Below are positions 8,139 through 10,853 of a stretch of 10,853 nt of DNA, one piece after another. The notes under the pieces are model-generated. The model had not been told where the DNA came from. It did not search any database and worked only from the letters and a program-made list of their open reading frames with translations. Source of the DNA: Promethearchaeati archaeon (lineage in GTDB: Archaea > Asgardarchaeota > Heimdallarchaeia > JABLTI01); assembly GCA_013166835.1 (NCBI GenBank), contig JABLTI010000091.1, positions 1 through 10,853 of the forward strand, given 5' to 3'. The stretch's first letter is position 1, and every line of letters starts with the position of its first letter. The translations under genes were made by a program, and so were the position numbers.

Positions 8139-9203
8139 TTGTGGTATTTTGGAATATTATACGCTGTAGGAAACATGATTCTCTCTGGTATAGCAGCTGT
8201 AATTTATAAATCACAAACCGACAAAATAAAACCTATTGCAATGGTTTTGATTCAAACATTAACTTCTGCAATTTCCTTTCTGATTCTTACTGCAATTATG
8301 GGTGATTTTCTGGAAATGTTTCGCATTCCATGGATGGCTTTTCTCCCTCTATTATCCGCTGCAATTATGGGAATAATAATAGGAAATTTCATGTATCTAA
8401 CTAGTTTACAATACGTAGGATTAACAATTACATATCCAATAGCTATGACTTATCCCCTCCTAACATATATTTATGAAATCATTATTTTTGATGCTATATT
8501 TGATTGGTTGAAATTTTTAGGTATAATATTAATAATAGGCGGAGTTGTGATGATTTCATTCTCACAAGTAAACGATGATACTCCTGAAAATAATGTGTTG
8601 CCAAACACAAAATCAATTTCTGGTATAGATGACTCAAGTGAATCTATTCTATTAAATTCAAAAACTGAACAATCCGAACCAAAAATTTTGGAAGAAACAG
8701 AGAAATCAGAAAAAGCTCGTAGAAAGTTCTCGCAATTACTTGCAAACAAAAAATTCTTTGGTATCTTTCTTGCTTTATTGGCAACAGTAACTTGGGCAAC
8801 AGGGACCACTCTAATTAAAGTTGGATTAGATAGGACAGATATTGACATCATTCCAATCAGTGGTGCTCGAATGACTTTGTTGTTACCAATAACATTTACA
8901 CTGTTTCTAGCTACTAAGAAAAAAACAAATCATTACAAGTTTTCTTGGAAAGCAGTTTCATTTGTAATTTTAGGAGCACTCTTAGGTTTGTTTGCATCCA
9001 ATATTTTCTATCTGAAATCAATAGAAATTTTAGATGGAACTTCTATTCCTGCTGCAATCGCAGCTTCTGGACCTCTGATTACGATACCTTTGTCTATATT
9101 ATTCTTGAAAGAAAAAGTAGATTGGAAGATCTTACTTGGAACAACATTAACTATTGGGGGTATTGTTCTAGTAATTTTAAATATCTCGGAATTCTTTATC
9201 TGA
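8139..9203 (+). CDS. EamA/DMT-family transporter (two EamA repeats, about 10 TM helices)
   Basis: Two hydrophobic halves with EamA signatures (YLTSLQYVGLTITYPIAMTYPLLT; PLITIPLSILFLKEKVDWKILLGTTLTIGGIVLV). TTG start with GTGA upstream, bounded by an in-frame TGA at 8121. Confidence 0.92.
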   Translation: MWYFGILYAVGNMILSGIAAVIYKSQTDKIKPIAMVLIQTLTSAISFLILTAIMGDFLEMFRIPWMAFLPLLSAAIMGIIIGNFMYLTSLQYVGLTITYPIAMTYPLLTYIYEIIIFDAIFDWLKFLGIILIIGGVVMISFSQVNDDTPENNVLPNTKSISGIDDSSESILLNSKTEQSEPKILEETEKSEKARRKFSQLLANKKFFGIFLALLATVTWATGTTLIKVGLDRTDIDIIPISGARMTLLLPITFTLFLATKKKTNHYKFSWKAVSFVILGALLGLFASNIFYLKSIEILDGTSIPAAIAASGPLITIPLSILFLKEKVDWKILLGTTLTIGGIVLVILNISEFFI

Positions 9204-9226
9204 TATGAATCTATTAATCACTATAA

Positions 9227-9874
9227 ATGAGTAAGTTTGCAATGACCAATATAGAACAAGCTCGTAAAATTGCTGAAGAAAAGCAAGATGAAATTATTCC
9301 TCAGGAAAACTTTGCCACTAGCCTTTCAAATGAAATCATAGCTCACTCCCAAAAAGATGATATGGAAAAGATGGAGTTACTTCTTACAGAATTAAAGGAT
9401 CTTCTTGTTAAATTCCCGAAATCAAAACATATTCAGAAAACTTATGGAAGTACCCTTCTGAATATCCTTCCTGTGTTTTTTGCTCATGCAACACAAACAG
9501 ATGTTAAAAATAAAATCAATTCCCTAAGAGAATTAGCTATACAATATGAAAGTATAACCTTAATTGAAATATTGGCTATGATTTTAGTAAATGCTATTTA
9601 TGATTTTAGCTTGATTAATAAATCAGGATCAATACAAGAATTTTCATTAGAATTATCTGATCTTAGCAGAATATATCCAAAGAATGATACGATTCAAATT
9701 GCTGGTGCTAAAGGAATGGTGAATTCCACTATGTACTTTGTTCAGAATAATGATTTACAAGCTGCAAAGAAACATTATCGAATTCTACAAAGAATTTTGC
9801 AATCTAATCCTGATAAAGAAATGGTTGATTCCTTTCAATTAATACAATTAGGAAAATATTTCGAAGATAAATAA
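9227..9874 (+). CDS. Hypothetical all-alpha protein with ~44-aa helical repeats (alpha-solenoid)
   Basis: 215-aa ORF starting 23 nt after the DMT gene. Periodic Asn at 35/79/122/166 and Pro at 64/151/195, with amphipathic helices. Confidence 0.8.
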   Translation: MSKFAMTNIEQARKIAEEKQDEIIPQENFATSLSNEIIAHSQKDDMEKMELLLTELKDLLVKFPKSKHIQKTYGSTLLNILPVFFAHATQTDVKNKINSLRELAIQYESITLIEILAMILVNAIYDFSLINKSGSIQEFSLELSDLSRIYPKNDTIQIAGAKGMVNSTMYFVQNNDLQAAKKHYRILQRILQSNPDKEMVDSFQLIQLGKYFEDK

Positions 9875-9900
9875 TACTCTTCTTTTGAAAAACCCAATTA

Positions 9901-10749
9901 TTACTCCAAAACAACCATTTGAAATCCAAGGGTAAATATTACTAGATTAATTGAAACTCTTGTTCTCGCACCATTTGAGGAATAAACCTCTATAGGTCCA
10001 GTACCGGTATTAATAGTTATTCTGAAATCATCACCTGAAGTGGTAATTGGATCACCATTTACAGGAAAACCAAATAAAGTTGGATTAACCTCAACATCAG
10101 TTTTGTTAATTATTAAGTGATACGAACCAGAACTCAATCCTACCAAAGAATCAACTGCATTGAAATTTACAGCGATTATAGAAACATCGATTTCTCCACC
10201 TACACCTGTATCTCTTATTAGTAGTTGTAATCTATACCAAAGTTCAAGCTGATATGTTTCTGAATCTGTTCGTTCTAAAACCAGAGTTGCAGGATCAATT
10301 GAGCCATCTTGAGTTACTGCTGGTGGGAAGAATGGTCCACCTTTAATGTACTCTTGAGAGTTTTCAGGCATGATTCCAATTTCGCTTGGAATAGACAACC
10401 GAGCTATTCCATATTCTAATCCTGGAATTGGTAGAAACATTGCCCCATCAATAAAGGCTCGAAAATTGAGCCCCATAGAACTAAATCCTAATGATCCATC
10501 AAATGCATCAACAGGTAGTAATCTAGCTGAACCTAATCCATCGTAAAACATGGATTGAACGGCTTCATCAACTTTAGTTAAGAACAAGGTGGAAGCATAT
10601 ATTGAAGCATTTGTTCTTCCACGATCTATTGTTGGAATTAAATATGAATAAGTTAATGCTACTGAAGTAATCATTATACTGACAATTAATAACGTAGAAA
10701 TAATATTAGAAACACCGGATTTATTCCTTCTAATTTTCTTCAATAACAT
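9901..10749 (-). CDS. Archaeal type IV pilin-like protein (class III signal peptide), probably a minor pilin or adhesin
   Basis: A basic leader MLLKKIRRNKSG is followed by VSNIISTLLIVSIMITSVALTYSYL, matching a PibD/ArlK cleavage site plus hydrophobic helix. The C-terminal region is beta-rich. GGTGA lies 4 nt upstream of the ATG. Confidence 0.85.
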   Translation of the reverse strand: MLLKKIRRNKSGVSNIISTLLIVSIMITSVALTYSYLIPTIDRGRTNASIYASTLFLTKVDEAVQSMFYDGLGSARLLPVDAFDGSLGFSSMGLNFRAFIDGAMFLPIPGLEYGIARLSIPSEIGIMPENSQEYIKGGPFFPPAVTQDGSIDPATLVLERTDSETYQLELWYRLQLLIRDTGVGGEIDVSIIAVNFNAVDSLVGLSSGSYHLIINKTDVEVNPTLFGFPVNGDPITTSGDDFRITINTGTGPIEVYSSNGARTRVSINLVIFTLGFQMVVLE

Positions 10750-10820
10750 TAAATCACCGACAACAATAATATGAGTGGTTCTATCTATTTATTTTATTTT
10801 CTAGGTTAAAATCTTTCTGT

Positions 10821-10853
10821 ATGGGAGAAAGAAAAATTATTAGCAGAAAAAGA
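10821..10853 (+). CDS. Possible start of a divergent gene (MGERKIISRKR...), truncated by the window end
   Basis: ATG at 10821 is open to the window end for 11 codons and is basic like a prepilin leader. It is too short to be reliable. Confidence 0.2.
   Translation, partial: MGERKIISRKR

Noticed and set aside
8471-8851. 126-aa - strand ORF
   Set aside because: Antisense shadow of the DMT transporter.
8945-9208. 87-aa + strand alternative-frame ORF
   Set aside because: Overlaps the conserved second EamA repeat in another frame, starts at TTG and has no recognisable features.
1-10853. CRISPR arrays, tRNA/rRNA, IS elements, stop-codon readthrough
   Set aside because: Intergenic gaps are under 200 nt and AT-rich, with no repeat arrays, cloverleafs or transposase motifs. 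The TGA at 9203 and TAG at 7377 are followed by further in-frame stops within a few codons.

Overview
AT-rich window that looks archaeal: GGTG(A) Shine-Dalgarno motifs, TATA-like boxes, an archaeal-type REC domain, a RAD55/KaiC-like protein and a class III signal-peptide pilin. An Asgard/Heimdallarchaeia-like origin is plausible but only inferred. Gene order: 3' part of an M19 membrane dipeptidase (+); a 1520-aa soluble REC-GAF-PAS-PAS-PAS-(GAF-like-PAS)x2-HisKA-HATPase kinase (-); an extended SDR epimerase/dehydratase (-); a single-domain KaiC/RAD55-like protein with a destroyed Walker A (+); two tandem small paralogous winged-helix proteins sharing a C-x28-C-x2-C motif (-); an EamA/DMT transporter (+); a ~44-aa-repeat alpha-solenoid protein (+); and a type IV pilin-like protein (-). 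No RNA genes, CRISPR arrays or mobile elements were seen. The best novelty candidates are the three-Cys wHTH pair (possible metal, Fe-S or redox-sensing regulators) and the neighbouring KaiC-like pseudo-ATPase.
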